Part shown: piece after piece, positions 44,901-59,900 of the stretch | Layout of the letters: the number at the start of each line of letters is the position of its first letter | How positions within the stretch are numbered: the stretch's first letter is position 1 | NCBI RefSeq assembly: GCF_964204645.1 | Contig: NW_027437451.1 | Span: 1 to 64,000 of the forward strand | From: Tubulanus polymorphus | Lineage: Eukaryota > Animalia > Nemertea | Length of the DNA stretch: 64,000 bases | Direction: 5' to 3' | Translations under genes and position numbers: made by a program | The notes under the pieces: model-generated | What the model was told of the DNA's origin: nothing | The model's database searches: none | What the model saw: only the letters and a program-made list of their open reading frames with translations

Positions 44901-47900
44901 TCAGATCGAGTCCATCATCTTCAGGAGCATAAATAGCCAGAAAATTCTTAATCTTTCCACCTATCTATTTGAAATCAGTTCAATACGCCTTAACCCATCT
45001 TTTCACGTTGAATCCATCATCTTCAGAACCAAAAGCAGCCAGAAAATTCTGATTCTTTCAACCTATCTATTTGAAATCAGTTCAGTTCACCCTAACCCAT
45101 CAATTAAGATAGAATTCATCATCTTTAGGACCCTATTTTGCAAGAAAAATCTGTATCTTTCAGTCCATCTACTCGAAATCCGTTCAGTTTACCTTAACCT
45201 ATCATTTCAGATCGAGTCCATCATCTTCAGGAGCATAAATAGCCAGAAAATTCTTAATCTTTCCACCTATCTATTTGAAATCAGTTCAATACGCCTTAAC
45301 CCATCTTTTCACGTTGAATCCATCATCTTCAGAACCAAAAGCAGCCAGAAAATTCTGATTCTTTCAACCTATCTATTTGAAATCAGTTCAATTCGCCTAA
45401 ACACATCATTTCAGATTGAATCAATCAACTTCAGTAGTATAATTAGTCAGAAAATTCTGAATCTTTCAACCAATCTATTGAAAATCAGTTCAGTACACCC
45501 TAACCCATCAATTTAGATAGAATTCATCATTTTTAGGACCTAATTAATCAAGAAAAATCTGTTTCTTTCATCCCATCTACTCGAAATCAGTTCAGTTTAC
45601 CTTAAGCTATCATTTCAGATCGAGTCCATCATCTTCAGGAGCATAAATAGCCAGAAAATTCTTAATCTTTCCACCTATCTATTTGAAATCAGTTCAATAC
45701 GCCTTAACCCACCTTTTCAGATTGAATCAATCAACTTCAGAAGTATAAGTAGTCAGAAAATTCTGAATCTTTCAACCAATCTATTGAAAATCAGTTCAGT
45801 ACACCCTAACCCAACAATTAAGATAGAATTCATCATCTTTAGGACCCTATTTTGCAAAAAAAATCTCTATCTTTCAGTCCATCTACTCGAAATCAGTTCA
45901 GTTTACCTTAACCTATCATTTCAGATCGAGTCCATCATCTTCAGGAGCATAAATAGCCAGAAAATTCTTAATCTTTCCACCTATCTATTTGAAATCAGTT
46001 CAATACGCCTTAACCCATCTTTTCAGATTGAGTCCATCATCTTCAGAACAAAGGGCAGCCAGAAAATTCTGATTCTTTCAACCTATCTATTGAAAATCAG
46101 TTCAGTACACCCTAACCCATCAATTAAGATAGAATTCATCATCTTTAGGACCCTATTTTGCAAGAAAAATTTGTATCTTTCAGTCCATCTACTCGAAATC
46201 AGTTCAGTTTACCTTAACCTATCATTTCAGATCGAGTCCATCATCTTCAGGCGCATAAATAGCCAGAAAATTCTGATTCTTTCCACCTATCTATTTGAAA
46301 TCAGTTCAGTTCACCCTAACCCATCAATTAAGATAGAATTCGTCATCTTTAGGACCCTGTTTTCCAAGAAAAATCTGTATCTTTCAGTCCATCTACTCGA
46401 AATCAGTTCAGTTTACCTTACCCTATCATTTCAGATCGAGTCCATCATCTTCAGGAGCATAAATAGCCAGAAAATTCTTAATCTTTCCACCTATCTATTT
46501 GAAATCAGTTCAATACGCCTTAACCCATCTTTTCACGTTGAATCCATCATCTTCAGAACCAAAAGCAGCCAGAAAATTCTGATTCTTTCAACCTATCTAT
46601 TTGAAATCAGTTCAATTCGCCTAAACACATCATTTCAGATTGAATCAATCAACTTCAGTAGTATAATTAGTCAGAAAATTCTGAATCTTTCAACCAATCT
46701 ATTGAAAATCAGTTCAGTACACCCTAACCCATCAATTTAGATAGAATTCATCATTTTTAGAACCTAATTAAGCAAGAAAAATCTGTTTCTTTCATCCTAT
46801 CTACTCGAAATCAGTTCAGTTTACCTTAAGCTATCATTTCAGATCGAGTCCATCATCTTCAGGAGCATAAATAGCCAGAAAATTCTTAATCTTTCCACTT
46901 ATCTATTTGAAATCAGTTCAATACGCCTTAACCCATCTTTTCAGATAGAATCCATCATCTTCAGAACCAAAAGCAGCCAGAAAATTCTGATTCTTTCCAC
47001 CTATCTATTTGAAATCAGTTCAGTACACCCCAACCCATCGATTAAGATAGAATTCGTCATCTTTAGGACCCTATTTTGCAAGAAAAATCTGTATCTTTTA
47101 GTCCATCTACTCGAAATCAGTTCAGTTTACCTTAACCTATCATTTCAGATCGAGTCCATCATCTTCAGGAGCATAAATAGCCAGAAAATTCTTAATCTTT
47201 CCACCTATCTATTTGAAATCAGTTCAATACGCCTTAACCCACCTTTTCAGATTGAATCAATCAACTTCAGAAGTATAAGTAGTCAGAAAATTCTGAATCT
47301 TTCAACCAATCTATTGAAAATCAGTTCAGTACACCCTAACCCAACAATTAAGATAGAATTCATCATCTTTAGGACCCTATTTTGCAAGAAAAATCTCTAT
47401 CTTTCAGTCCATCTACTCGAAATCAGTTCAGTTTACCTTAACCTATCATTTCAGATCGAGTCCATCATCTTCAGGAGCATAAATAGCCAGAAAATTCTTA
47501 ATCTTTCCACCTATCTATTTGAAATCAGTTCAATACGCCTTAACCCATCTTTTCAGATTGAGTCCATCATCTTCAGAACAAAGGGCAGCCAGAAAATTCT
47601 GATTCTTTCAACCTATCTATTGAAAATCAGTTCAGTACACCCTAACCCATCAATTAAGATAGAATTCATCATCTTTAGGACCCTATTTTGCAAGAAAAAT
47701 TAGTATCTTTCAGTCCATCTACTCGAAATCAGTTCAGTTTACCTTAACCTATCATTTCAGATCGAGTCCATCATCTTCAGGAGCATAAATAGCCAGAAAA
47801 TTCTTAATCTTTCCACCTATCTATTTGAAATCAGTTCAATACGCCTTAACCCATCTTTTCACGTTGAATCCATCATCTTCAGAACCAAAAGCAGCCAGAA

Positions 47901-50900
47901 AATTCTGATTCTTTCAACCTATCTATTTGAAATCAGTTCAGTTCACCCTAACCCATCAATTAAGATAGAATTCATCATCTTTAGGACCCTATTTTGCAAG
48001 AAAAATCTGTATCTTTCAGTCCATCTACTCGAAATCCGTTCAGTTTACCTTAACCTATCATTTCAGATCGAGTCCATCATCTTCAGGAGCATAAATAGCC
48101 AGAAAATTCTTAATCTTTCCACCTATCTATTTGAAATCAGTTCAATACGCCTTAACCCATCTTTTCACGTTGAATCCATCATCTTCAGAACCAAAAGCAG
48201 CCAGAAAATTCTGATTCTTTCAACCTATCTATTTGAAATCAGTTCAATTCGCCTAAACACATCATTTCAGATTGAATCAATCAACTTCAGTAGTATAATT
48301 AGTCAGAAAATTCTGAATCTTTCAACCAATCTATTGAAAATCAGTTCAGTACACCCTAACCCATCAATTTAGATAGAATTCATCATTTTTAGGACCTAAT
48401 TAATCAAGAAAAATCTGTTTCTTTCATCCCATCTACTCGAAATCAGTTCAGTTTACCTTAAGCTATCATTTCAGATCGAGTCCATCATCTTCAGGAGCAT
48501 AAATAGCCAGAAAATTCTTAATCTTTCCACCTATCTATTTGAAATCAGTTCAATACGCCTTAACCCACCTTTTCAGATTGAATCAATCAACTTCAGAAGT
48601 ATAAGTAGTCAGAAAATTCTGAATCTTTCAACCAATCTATTGAAAATCAGTTCAGTACACCCTAACCCAACAATTAAGATAGAATTCATCATCTTTAGGA
48701 CCCTATTTTGCAAAAAAAATCTCTATCTTTCAGTCCATCTACTCGAAATCAGTTCAGTTTACCTTAACCTATCATTTCAGATCGAGTCCATCATCTTCAG
48801 GAGCATAAATAGCCAGAAAATTCTTAATCTTTCCACCTATCTATTTGAAATCAGTTCAATACGCCTTAACCCATCTTTTCAGATTGAGTCCATCATCTTC
48901 AGAACAAAGGGCAGCCAGAAAATTCTGATTCTTTCAACCTATCTATTGAAAATCAGTTCAGTACACCCTAACCCATCAATTAAGATAGAATTCATCATCT
49001 TTAGGACCCTATTTTGCAAGAAAAATTTGTATCTTTCAGTCCATCTACTCGAAATCAGTTCAGTTTACCTTAACCTATCATTTCAGATCGAGTCCATCAT
49101 CTTCAGGCGCATAAATAGCCAGAAAATTCTGATTCTTTCCACCTATCTATTTGAAATCAGTTCAGTTCACCCTAACCCATCAATTAAGATAGAATTCGTC
49201 ATCTTTAGGACCCTGTTTTCCAAGAAAAATCTGTATCTTTCAGTCCATCTACTCGAAATCAGTTCAGTTTACCTTACCCTATCATTTCAGATCGAGTCCA
49301 TCATCTTCAGGAGCATAAATAGCCAGAAAATTCTTAATCTTTCCACCTATCTATTTGAAATCAGTTCAATACGCCTTAACCCATCTTTTCACGTTGAATC
49401 CATCATCTTCAGAACCAAAAGCAGCCAGAAAATTCTGATTCTTTCAACCTATCTATTTGAAATCAGTTCAATTCGCCTAAACACATCATTTCAGATTGAA
49501 TCAATCAACTTCAGTAGTATAATTAGTCAGAAAATTCTGAATCTTTCAACCAATCTATTGAAAATCAGTTCAGTACACCCTAACCCATCAATTTAGATAG
49601 AATTCATCATTTTTAGAACCTAATTAAGCAAGAAAAATCTGTTTCTTTCATCCTATCTACTCGAAATCAGTTCAGTTTACCTTAAGCTATCATTTCAGAT
49701 CGAGTCCATCATCTTCAGGAGCATAAATAGCCAGAAAATTCTTAATCTTTCCACCTATCTATTTGAAATCAGTTCAATACGCCTTAACCCATCTTTTCAG
49801 ATTGAATCAATCAACTTCAGAAGTATAAGTAGTCAGAAAATTCTGATTCTTTCAACCTATCTATTTGAAATCAGTTCAATTCGCCTAAACGCATCATTTC
49901 AGATTGAATCAATCAACTTCAGTAGTATAATTAGTCAGAAAATTCTGAATCTTTCAACCAATCTATTGAAAATCAGTTCAGTACACCCTAACCCAACAAT
50001 TAAGATAGAATTCATCATCTTTAGGACCCTATTTTGCAAGAAAAATCTCTATCTTTCAGTCCATCTACTCGAAATCAGTTCAGTTTACCTTAACATATCA
50101 TTTCAGATCGAGTCCATCATCTTCAGGAGCATAAATAGCCAGAAAATTCTTAATCTTTCCACCTATCTATTTGAAATCAGTTCAATACGCCTTAACCCAT
50201 CTTTTCAGATTGAGTCCATCATCTTCAGAACAAAGGGCAGCCAGAAAATTCTGATTCTTTCAACCTATCTATTGAAAATCAGTTCAGTTCACCCTAACCC
50301 ATCAATTAAGATAGAATTCATCATCTTTAGGACCCTATTTTGCAAGAAAAATCTGTATCTTTCAGTCCATCTACTCGAAATCAGTTCAGTTTACCTTAAC
50401 CTATCATTTCAGATCGAGTCCATCATCTTCAGGAGCATAAATAGCCAGAAAATTCTTAATCTTTCCACCTATCTATTTGAAATCAGTTCAATACGCCTTA
50501 ACCCACCTTTTCAGATTGAATCAATCAACTTCAGAAGTATAAGTAGTCAGAAAATTCTGAATCTTTCAACCAATCTATTGAAAATCAGTTCAGTACACCC
50601 TAACCCAACAATTAAGATAGAATTCATCATCTTTAGGACCCTATTTTGCAAGAAAAATCTCTATCTTTCAGTCCATCTACTCGAAATCAGTTCAGTTTAC
50701 CTTAACCTATCATTTCAGATCGAGTCCATCATCTTCAGGAGCATAAATAGCCAGAAAATTCTTAATCTTTCCACCTATCTATTTGAAATCAGTTCAATAC
50801 GCCTTAACCCATCTTTTCAGATTGAGTCCATCATCTTCAGAACAAAGGGCAGCCAGAAAATTCTGATTCTTTCAACCTATCTATTGAAAATCAGTTCAGT

Positions 50901-53900
50901 ACACCCTAACCCATCAATTAAGATAGAATTCATCATCTTTAGGACCCTATTATGCAAGAAAATTTTGTATCTTTCAGTCCATCTACTCGAAATCAGTTCA
51001 GTTTACCTTAACCTATCATTTCAGATCGAGTCCATCATCTTCAGGCGCATAAATAGCCAGAAAATTCTGATTCTTTCCACCTATCTATTTGAAATCAGTT
51101 CAGTTCACCCTAACCCATCAATTAAGATAGAATTCGTCATCTTTAGGACCCTATTTTGCAAGAAAAATCTGTATCTTTCAGTCCATCTACTCGAAATCAG
51201 TTCAGTTTACCTTACCCTATCATTTCAGATCGAGTCCATCATCTTCAGGAGCATAAATAGCCAGAAAATTCTTAATCTTTCCACCTATCTATTTGAAATC
51301 AGTTCAACACGCCTTAACCCATCTTTTCACGTTGAATCCATCATCTTCAGAACCAAAAGCAGCCAGAAAATTCTGATTCTTTCAACCTATCTATTTGAAA
51401 TCAGTTCAATTCGCCTAAACACATCATTTCAGATTGAATCAATCAACTTCAGTAGTATAATTAGTCAGAAAATTCTGAATCTTTCAACCAATCTATTGAA
51501 AATCAGTTCAGTACACCCTAACCCATCAATTTAGATAGAATTCATCATTTTTAGAACCTAATTAAGCAAGAAAAATCTGTTTCTTTCATCCTATCTACTC
51601 GAAATCAGTTCAGTTTACCTTAAGCTATCATTTCAGATCGAGTCCATCATCTTCAGGAGCATAAATAGCCAGAAAATTCTTAATCTTTCCACTTATCTAT
51701 TTGAAATCAGTTCAATACGCCTTAACCCATCTTTTCAGATTGAATCAATCAACTTCAGAAGTATAAGTAGTCAGAAAATTCTGATTCTTTCAACCTATCT
51801 ATTTGAAATCAGTTCAATTCGCCTAAACGCATCATTTCAGATTGAATCAATCAACTTCAGTAGTATAATTAGTCAGAAAATTCTGAATCTTTCAACCAAT
51901 CTATTGAAAATCAGTTCAGTACACCATAACCCAACAATTAAGATAGAATTCATCATCTTTAGGACCCTATTTTGCAAGAAAAATCTCTATCTTTCAGTCC
52001 ATCTACTCGAAATCAGTTCAGTTTACCTTAACCTATCATTTCAGATCGAGTCCATCATCTTCAGGAGCATAAATAGCCAGAAAATTCTTAATCTTTCCAC
52101 CTATCTATTTGAAATCAGTTCAATACGCCTTAACCCATCTTTTCAGATTGAGTCCATCATCTTCAGAACAAAGGGCAGCCAGAAAATTCTGATTCTTTCA
52201 ACCTATCTATTGAAAATCAGTTCAGTACACCCTAACCCATCAATTAAGATAGAATTCATCATCTTTAGGACCCTATTTTGCAAGAAAAATTAGTATCTTT
52301 CAGTCCATCTACTCGAAATCAGTTCAGTTTACCTTAACCTATCATTTCAGATCGAGTCCATCATCTTCAGGAGCATAAATAGCCAGAAAATTCTTAATCT
52401 TTCCACCTATCTATTTGAAATCAGTTCAATACGCCTTAACCCATCTTTTCACGTTGAATCCATCATCTTCAGAACCAAAAGCAGCCAGAAAATTCTGATT
52501 CTTTCAACCTATCTATTTGAAATCAGTTCAATTCGCCTAAACACATCATTTCAGATTGAATCAATCAACTTCAGTAGTATAATTAGTCAGAAAATTCTGA
52601 ATCTTTCAACCAATCTATTGAAAATCAGTTCAGTACACCCTAACCCATCAATTTAGATAGAATTCATCATTTTTAGGACCTAATTAATCAAGAAAAATCT
52701 GTTTCTTTCATCCCATCTACTCGAAATCAGTTCAGTTTACCTTAAGCTATCATTTCAGATCGAGTCCATCATCTTCAGGAGCATAAATAGCCAGAAAATT
52801 CTTAATCTTTCCACCTATCTATTTGAAATCAGTTCAATACGCCTTAACCCACCTTTTCAGATTGAATCAATCAACTTCAGAAGTATAAGTAGTCAGAAAA
52901 TTCTGAATCTTTCAACCAATCTATTGAAAATCAGTTCAGTACACCCTAACCCAACAATTAAGATAGAATTCATCATCTTTAGGACCCTATTTTGCAAAAA
53001 AAATCTCTATCTTTCAGTCCATCTACTCGAAATCAGTTCAGTTTACCTTAACCTATCATTTCAGATCGAGTCCATCATCTTCAGGAGCATAAATAGCCAG
53101 AAAATTCTTAATCTTTCCACCTATCTATTTGAAATCAGTTCAATACGCCTTAACCCATCTTTTCAGATTGAGTCCATCATCTTCAGGAGCATAAATAGCC
53201 AGAAAATTCTTAATCTTTCCACCTATCTATTTGAAATCAGTTCAATACGCCTTAACCCATCTTTTCAGATTGAGTCCATCATCTTCAGAACCAAAGGCAG
53301 CAAGAAAATTCTGATTCTTTCAACCTATCTATTTGAAATCAGTTCAGTTCACCCTAACCCATCAATTAAGATAGAATTCGTCATCTTTAGGACCCTATTT
53401 TGCAAGAAAAATCTGTATCTTTCAGTCCATCTACTCGAAATCAGTTCAGTTTACCTTAACCTATCATTTCAGATCGAGTCCATCATCTTCAGGAGCATAA
53501 ATAGCCAGAAAATTCTTAATCTTTCCTCCTATCAATTTGAAATCAGTTCAATACGCCTTAACCCATCTTTTCAGATTGAGTCCATCATCTTCAGAACCAA
53601 AGGCAGCCAGAAAATTCTGATTCTTTCAACCTATCTATTTGAAATCAGTTCAGTACACCCTAACCCATCATTTAAGATAGAATTCATCATCTTTAGGACC
53701 ATATTTTGCAAGAAAAATCTGTATCTTTCAGTCCATCTACTCGAAATCAGTTCAGTTTACCTTAACCTATCATTTCAGATCGAGTCCATCATCTTCAGGA
53801 GCATTAGTACCCAGAAAATTCAGAATCTTTCCACCTATCTATTTGAAATCAGTTCAATACGCCTTAACCCATCTTTTCAGATAGAATCCATCATCTTCAG

Positions 53901-56900
53901 AACCAAAAGCAGCCAGAAAATTCTGATTCTTTCCACCTATCTATTTGAAATCAGTTCAGTACACCCTAACCCATCAATTAAGATAGAATTCGTCATCTTT
54001 AGGACCATATTTTGCAAGAAAAATCTGTATCTTTTAGTCCATCTACTCGAAATCAGTTCAGTTTACCTTAACCTATCATTTCAGATCGAGTCCATCATCT
54101 TCAGGAGCATAAATAGCCAGAAAATTCTTAATCTTTCCACCTATCTATTTGAAATCAGTTCAATACGCCTTAACCCATCTTTTCAGATTGAGTCCATCAT
54201 CTTCAGAACCAAAGGCAGCAAGAAAATTCTGATTCTGTCAACCTATCTATTTGAAATCAGTTCAGTACACCCCAACCCATCGATTAAGATTGAATTCATC
54301 ATCTTTAGTACCCTATTTTGCAAGAAAAATCTGTATCTTTCAGTCCATCTACTCGAAATCAGTTCAGTTTACCCTTAACCTATCATTTCAGATCGAGTCC
54401 ATCATCTTCAGGAGCATAAATAGCCAGAAAATTCTTAATCTTTCCACCTATCTATTTGAAATCAGTTCAATACGCCTTAACCCATCTTTTCAGATTGAGT
54501 CCATCATCTTCAGAACAAAGGGCAGCCAGAAAATTCTGATTCTTTCAACCTATCTATTGAAAATCAGTTCAGTACACCCTAACCCATCAATTAAGATAGA
54601 ATTCATCATCTTTAGGACCCTATTTTGCAAGAAAAATTTGTATCTTTCAGTCCATCTACTCGAAATCAGTTCAGTTTACCTTAACCTATCATTTCAGATC
54701 GAGTCCATCATCTTCAGGCGCATAAATAGCCAGAAAATTCTGATTCTTTCCACCTATCTATTTGAAATCAGTTCAGTTCACCCTAACCCATCAATTAAGA
54801 TAGAATTCGTCATCTTTAGGACCCTATTTTCCAAGAAAAATCTGTATCTTTCAGTCCATCTACTCGAAATCAGTTCAGTTTACCTTACCCTATCATTTCA
54901 GATCGAGTCCATCATCTTCAGGAGCATAAATAGCCAGAAAATTCTTAATCTTTCCACCTATCTATTTGAAATCAGTTCAATACGCCTTAACCCATCTTTT
55001 CACGTTGAATCCATCATCTTCAGAACCAAAAGCAGCCAGAAAATTCTGATTCTTTCAACCTATCTATTTGAAATCAGTTCAATTCGCCTAAACACATCAT
55101 TTCAGATTGAATCAATCAACTTCAGTAGTATAATTAGTCAGAAAATTCTGAATCTTTCAACCAATCTATTGAAAATCAGTTCAGTACACCCTAACCCATC
55201 AATTTAGATAGAATTCATCATTTTTAGAACCTAATTAAGCAAGAAAAATCTGTTTCTTTCATCCTATCTACTCGAAATCAGTTCAGTTTACCTTAAGCTA
55301 TCATTTCAGATCGAGTCCATCATCTTCAGGAGCATAAATAGCCAGAAAATTCTTAATCTTTCCACCTATCTATTTGAAATCAGTTCAATACGCCTTAACC
55401 CATCTTTTCAGATTGAATCAATCAACTTCAGAAGTATAAGTAGTCAGAAAATTCTGATTCTTTCAACCTATCTATTTGAAATCAGTTCAATTCGCCTAAA
55501 CGCATCATTTCAGATTGAATCAATCAACTTCAGTAGTATAATTAGTCAGAAAATTCTGAATCTTTCAACCAATCTATTGAAAATCAGTTCAGTACACCCT
55601 AACCCAACAATTAAGATAGAATTCATCATCTTTAGGACCCTATTTTGCAAGAAAAATCTCTATCTTTCAGTCCATCTACTCGAAATCAGTTCAGTTTACC
55701 TTAACATATCATTTCAGATCGAGTCCATCATCTTCAGGAGCATAAATAGCCAGAAAATTCTTAATCTTTCCACCTATCTATTTGAAATCAGTTCAATACG
55801 CCTTAACCCATCTTTTCAGATTGAGTCCATCATCTTCAGAACAAAGGGCAGCCAGAAAATTCTGATTCTTTCAACCTATCTATTGAAAATCAGTTCAGTT
55901 CACCCTAACCCATCAATTAAGATAGAATTCATCATCTTTAGGACCCTATTTTGCAAGAAAAATCTGTATCTTTCAGTCCATCTACTCGAAATCAGTTCAG
56001 TTTACCTTAACCTATCATTTCAGATCGAGTCCATCATCTTCAGGAGCATAAGTACCCAGAAAATTCAGAATCTTTCCACCTATCTATTTGAAATCAGTTC
56101 AATACGCCTTAACCCATCTTTTCAGATTGAGTCCATCATCTTCAGAACCAAAGGCAGCCAGAAAATTCTGATTCTTTCCACCTATCTATTTGAAATCAGT
56201 TCAGTTCACCCTAACCCATCAATTAAGATAGAATTCGTCATCTTTAGGACCCTATTTTGCAAGAAAAATCTCTATCTTTCAGTCCATCTACTCGAAATCA
56301 GTTCAGTTTACCTTAACCTATCATTTCAGATCGAGTCCATCATCTTCAGGAGCATAAATAGCCAGAAAATTCTTAATCTTTCCACCTATCTATTTGAAAT
56401 CAGTTCAATACGCCTTAACCCACCTTTTCAGATTGAATCAATCAACTTCAGAAGTATAAGTAGTCAGAAAATTCTGAATCTTTCAACCAATCTATTGAAA
56501 ATCAGTTCAGTACACCCTAACCCAACAATTAAGATAGAATTCATCATCTTTAGGACCCTATTTTGCAAGAAAAATCTCTATCTTTCAGTCCATCTACTCG
56601 AAATCAGTTCAGTTTACCTTAACCTATCATTTCAGATCGAGTCCATCATCTTCAGGAGCATAAATAGCCAGAAAATTCTTAATCTTTCCACCTATCTATT
56701 TGAAATCAGTTCAATACGCCTTAACCCATCTTTTCAGATTGAGTCCATCATCTTCAGAACAAAGGGCAGCCAGAAAATTCTGATTCTTTCAACCTATCTA
56801 TTGAAAATCAGTTCAGTACACCCTAACCCATCAATTAAGATAGAATTCATCATCTTTAGGACCCTATTTTGCAAGAAAAATTTGTATCTTTCAGTCCATC

Positions 56901-59900
56901 TACTCGAAATCAGTTCAGTTTACCTTAACCTATCATTTCAGATCGAGTCCATCATCTTCAGGCGCATAAATAGCCAGAAAATTCTGATTCTTTCCACCTA
57001 TCTATTTGAAATCAGTTCAGTTCACCCTAACCCATCAATTAAGATAGAATTCGTCATCTTTAGGACCCTATTTTCCAAGAAAAATCTGTATCTTTCAGTC
57101 CATCTACTCGAAATCAGTTCAGTTTACCTTACCCTATCATTTCAGATCGAGTCCATCATCTTCAGGAGCATAAATAGCCAGAAAATTCTGATTCTTTCAA
57201 CCTATCTATTTGAAATCAGTTCAATTCGCCTAAACACATCATTTCAGATTGAATCAATCAACTTCAGTAGTATAATTAGTCAGAAAATTCTGAATCTTAC
57301 AACCAATCTATTGAAAATCAGTTCAGTACACCCTAACCCATCAATTTAGATAGAATTCATCATTTTTAGAACCTAATTAAGCAAGAAAAATCTGTTTCTT
57401 TCATCCTATCTACTCGAAATCAGTTCAGTTTACCTTAAGCTATCATTTCAGATCGAGTCCATCATCTTCAGGAGCATAAATAGCCAGAAAATTCTTAATC
57501 TTTCCACCTATCTATTTGAAATCAGTTCAATACGCCTTAACCCATCTTTTCAGATTGAATCAATCAACTTCAGAAGTATAAGTAGTCAGAAAATTCTGAT
57601 TCTTTCAACCTATCTATTTGAAATCAGTTCAATTCGCCTAAACGCATCATTTCAGATTGAATCAATCAACTTCAGTAGTATAATTAGTCAGAAAATTCTG
57701 AATCTTTCAACCAATCTATTAAAAATCAGTTCAGTACACCCTAACCCAACAATTAAGATAGAATTCATCATCTTTAGGACCCTATTTTGCAAGAAAAATC
57801 TCTATCTTTCAGTCCATCTACTCGAAATCAGTTCAGTTTACCTTAACATATCATTTCAGATCGAGTCCATCATCTTCAGGAGCATAAATAGCCAGAAAAT
57901 TCTTAATCTTTCCACCTATCTATTTGAAATCAGTTCAATACGCCTTAACCCATCTTTTCAGATTGAGTCCATCATCTTCAGAACAAAGGGCAGCCAGAAA
58001 ATTCTGATTCTTTCAACCTATCTATTGAAAATCAGTTCAGTACACCCTAACCCATCAATTAAGATAGAATTCATCATCTTTAGGACCCTATTTTGCAAGA
58101 AAAATCTGTATCTTTCAGTCCATCTACTCGAAATCAGTTCAGTTTACCTTAACCTATCATTTCAGATCGAGTCCATCATCTTCAGGAGCATAAATAGCCA
58201 AAAAATTCTTAATCGTTCCACCTATCTATTTGAAATCAGTTCAATACGCCTTAACCCATCTTTTCAGATTGAATCAATCAACTTCAGAAGTATAAGTAGT
58301 CAGAAAATTCTGAATCTTTCAACCAATCTATTGAAAATCAGTTCAGTACACCCTAACCCAACAATTAAGATAGAATTCATCATCTTTAGGACCCTATTTT
58401 GCAAGAAAAATCTGTATCTTTCAGTCCATCTACTCGAAATCAGTTCAGTTTACCTTAACCTATCATTTCAGATCGAGTCCATCATCTGCAGGAGCATAAA
58501 TAGCCAGAAAATTCTTAATCTTTCCACCTATCTATTTGAAATCAGTTCAATACGCCTTAACCCATCTTTTCAGATTGAATCCATCATCTTCAGAACCAAA
58601 AGCAGCCAGAAAATTCTGATTCTTTCCACCTATCTATTTGAAATCAGTTCAGTACACCCTAACCCATCAATTAAGATAGAATTCGTCATCTTTAGGACCC
58701 TATTTTGCAAGAAAAATCTGTATCTTTCAGTCCATCTACTCGAAATCAGTTCAGTTTACCTTAACCTATCATTTCAGATCGAGTCCATCATCTTCAGGAG
58801 CATAAATAGCCAGAAAATTCTTAATCTTTCCACCTATCTATTTGAAATCAGTTCAATACGCCTTATCCCATCTTTTCAGATTGAATCAATCAACTTCAGA
58901 AGTATAAGTAGTCAGAAAATTCTGAATCTTTCCACCTATCTATTTGAAATCAGTTCAATACGCCTTATCCCATCTTTTCAGATTGAATCAATCAACTTCA
59001 GAAGTATAAGTAGTCAGAAAATTCTGAATCTTTCCACCTATCTATTTGAAATCAGTTCAATACGCCTTAACACATCATTTCAGATCGAGTCCATCATCTT
59101 CAGGAGCATAAATAGCCAGAAAATTCTTAATCTTTCCACCTATCTACTCGAAATCAGTTCAGTTTACCTTAACCTATCATTTCAGATTGAGTCCATCATC
59201 TTCAGGAGAATAAGCACGCAGAAAATTCTGAATCTTTCCACCTATCTATTTGAAATCAGTTCAATACGCCTTAACACATCTTTTCAGATTGAGTCCATCA
59301 TCTTCAGAACCAAAGGCAGCCAGAAAATTCTGATTCTTTCCACCTATCTATTTGAAATCAGTTCAGTTCACCCTAACTCATCAATTAAGATAGAATTCGT
59401 CATCTTTAGGACCATATTTTGCAAGAAAAATCTGTATCTTTATGTCCATCTACTCGAAATCAGTTCAGTTTACCTTACCCTATCATTTCAGATCGAGTCC
59501 ATCATCTTCAGGAGCATAAATAGCCAGAAAATTCTTAATCTTTCCACCTATCTATTTGAAATCAGTTTAATACGCCTTAACCCATCTTTTCAGATTGAAT
59601 CAATCAACTTCAGAAGTATAAGTAGTCAGAAAATTCTGAATCTTTCAACCAATCTATTGAAAATCAGTTCAGTACACCCTAACCCAACAATTAAGATAGA
59701 ATTCATCATTTTTAGGACCTAATTAACCAAGAAAAATCTGTTTCTTTCATCCCATCTACTCGAAATGAGTTCAGTTTACCTTAACCTATCATTTCAGATC
59801 GAGACCATCATCTTCAGGAGCATAAATAGTCAGAAAATTCTTAATCTTTCCACCTATCCATTTGAAATCAGTTCAATACGCCTTAGCCCATCTTTTCAGA

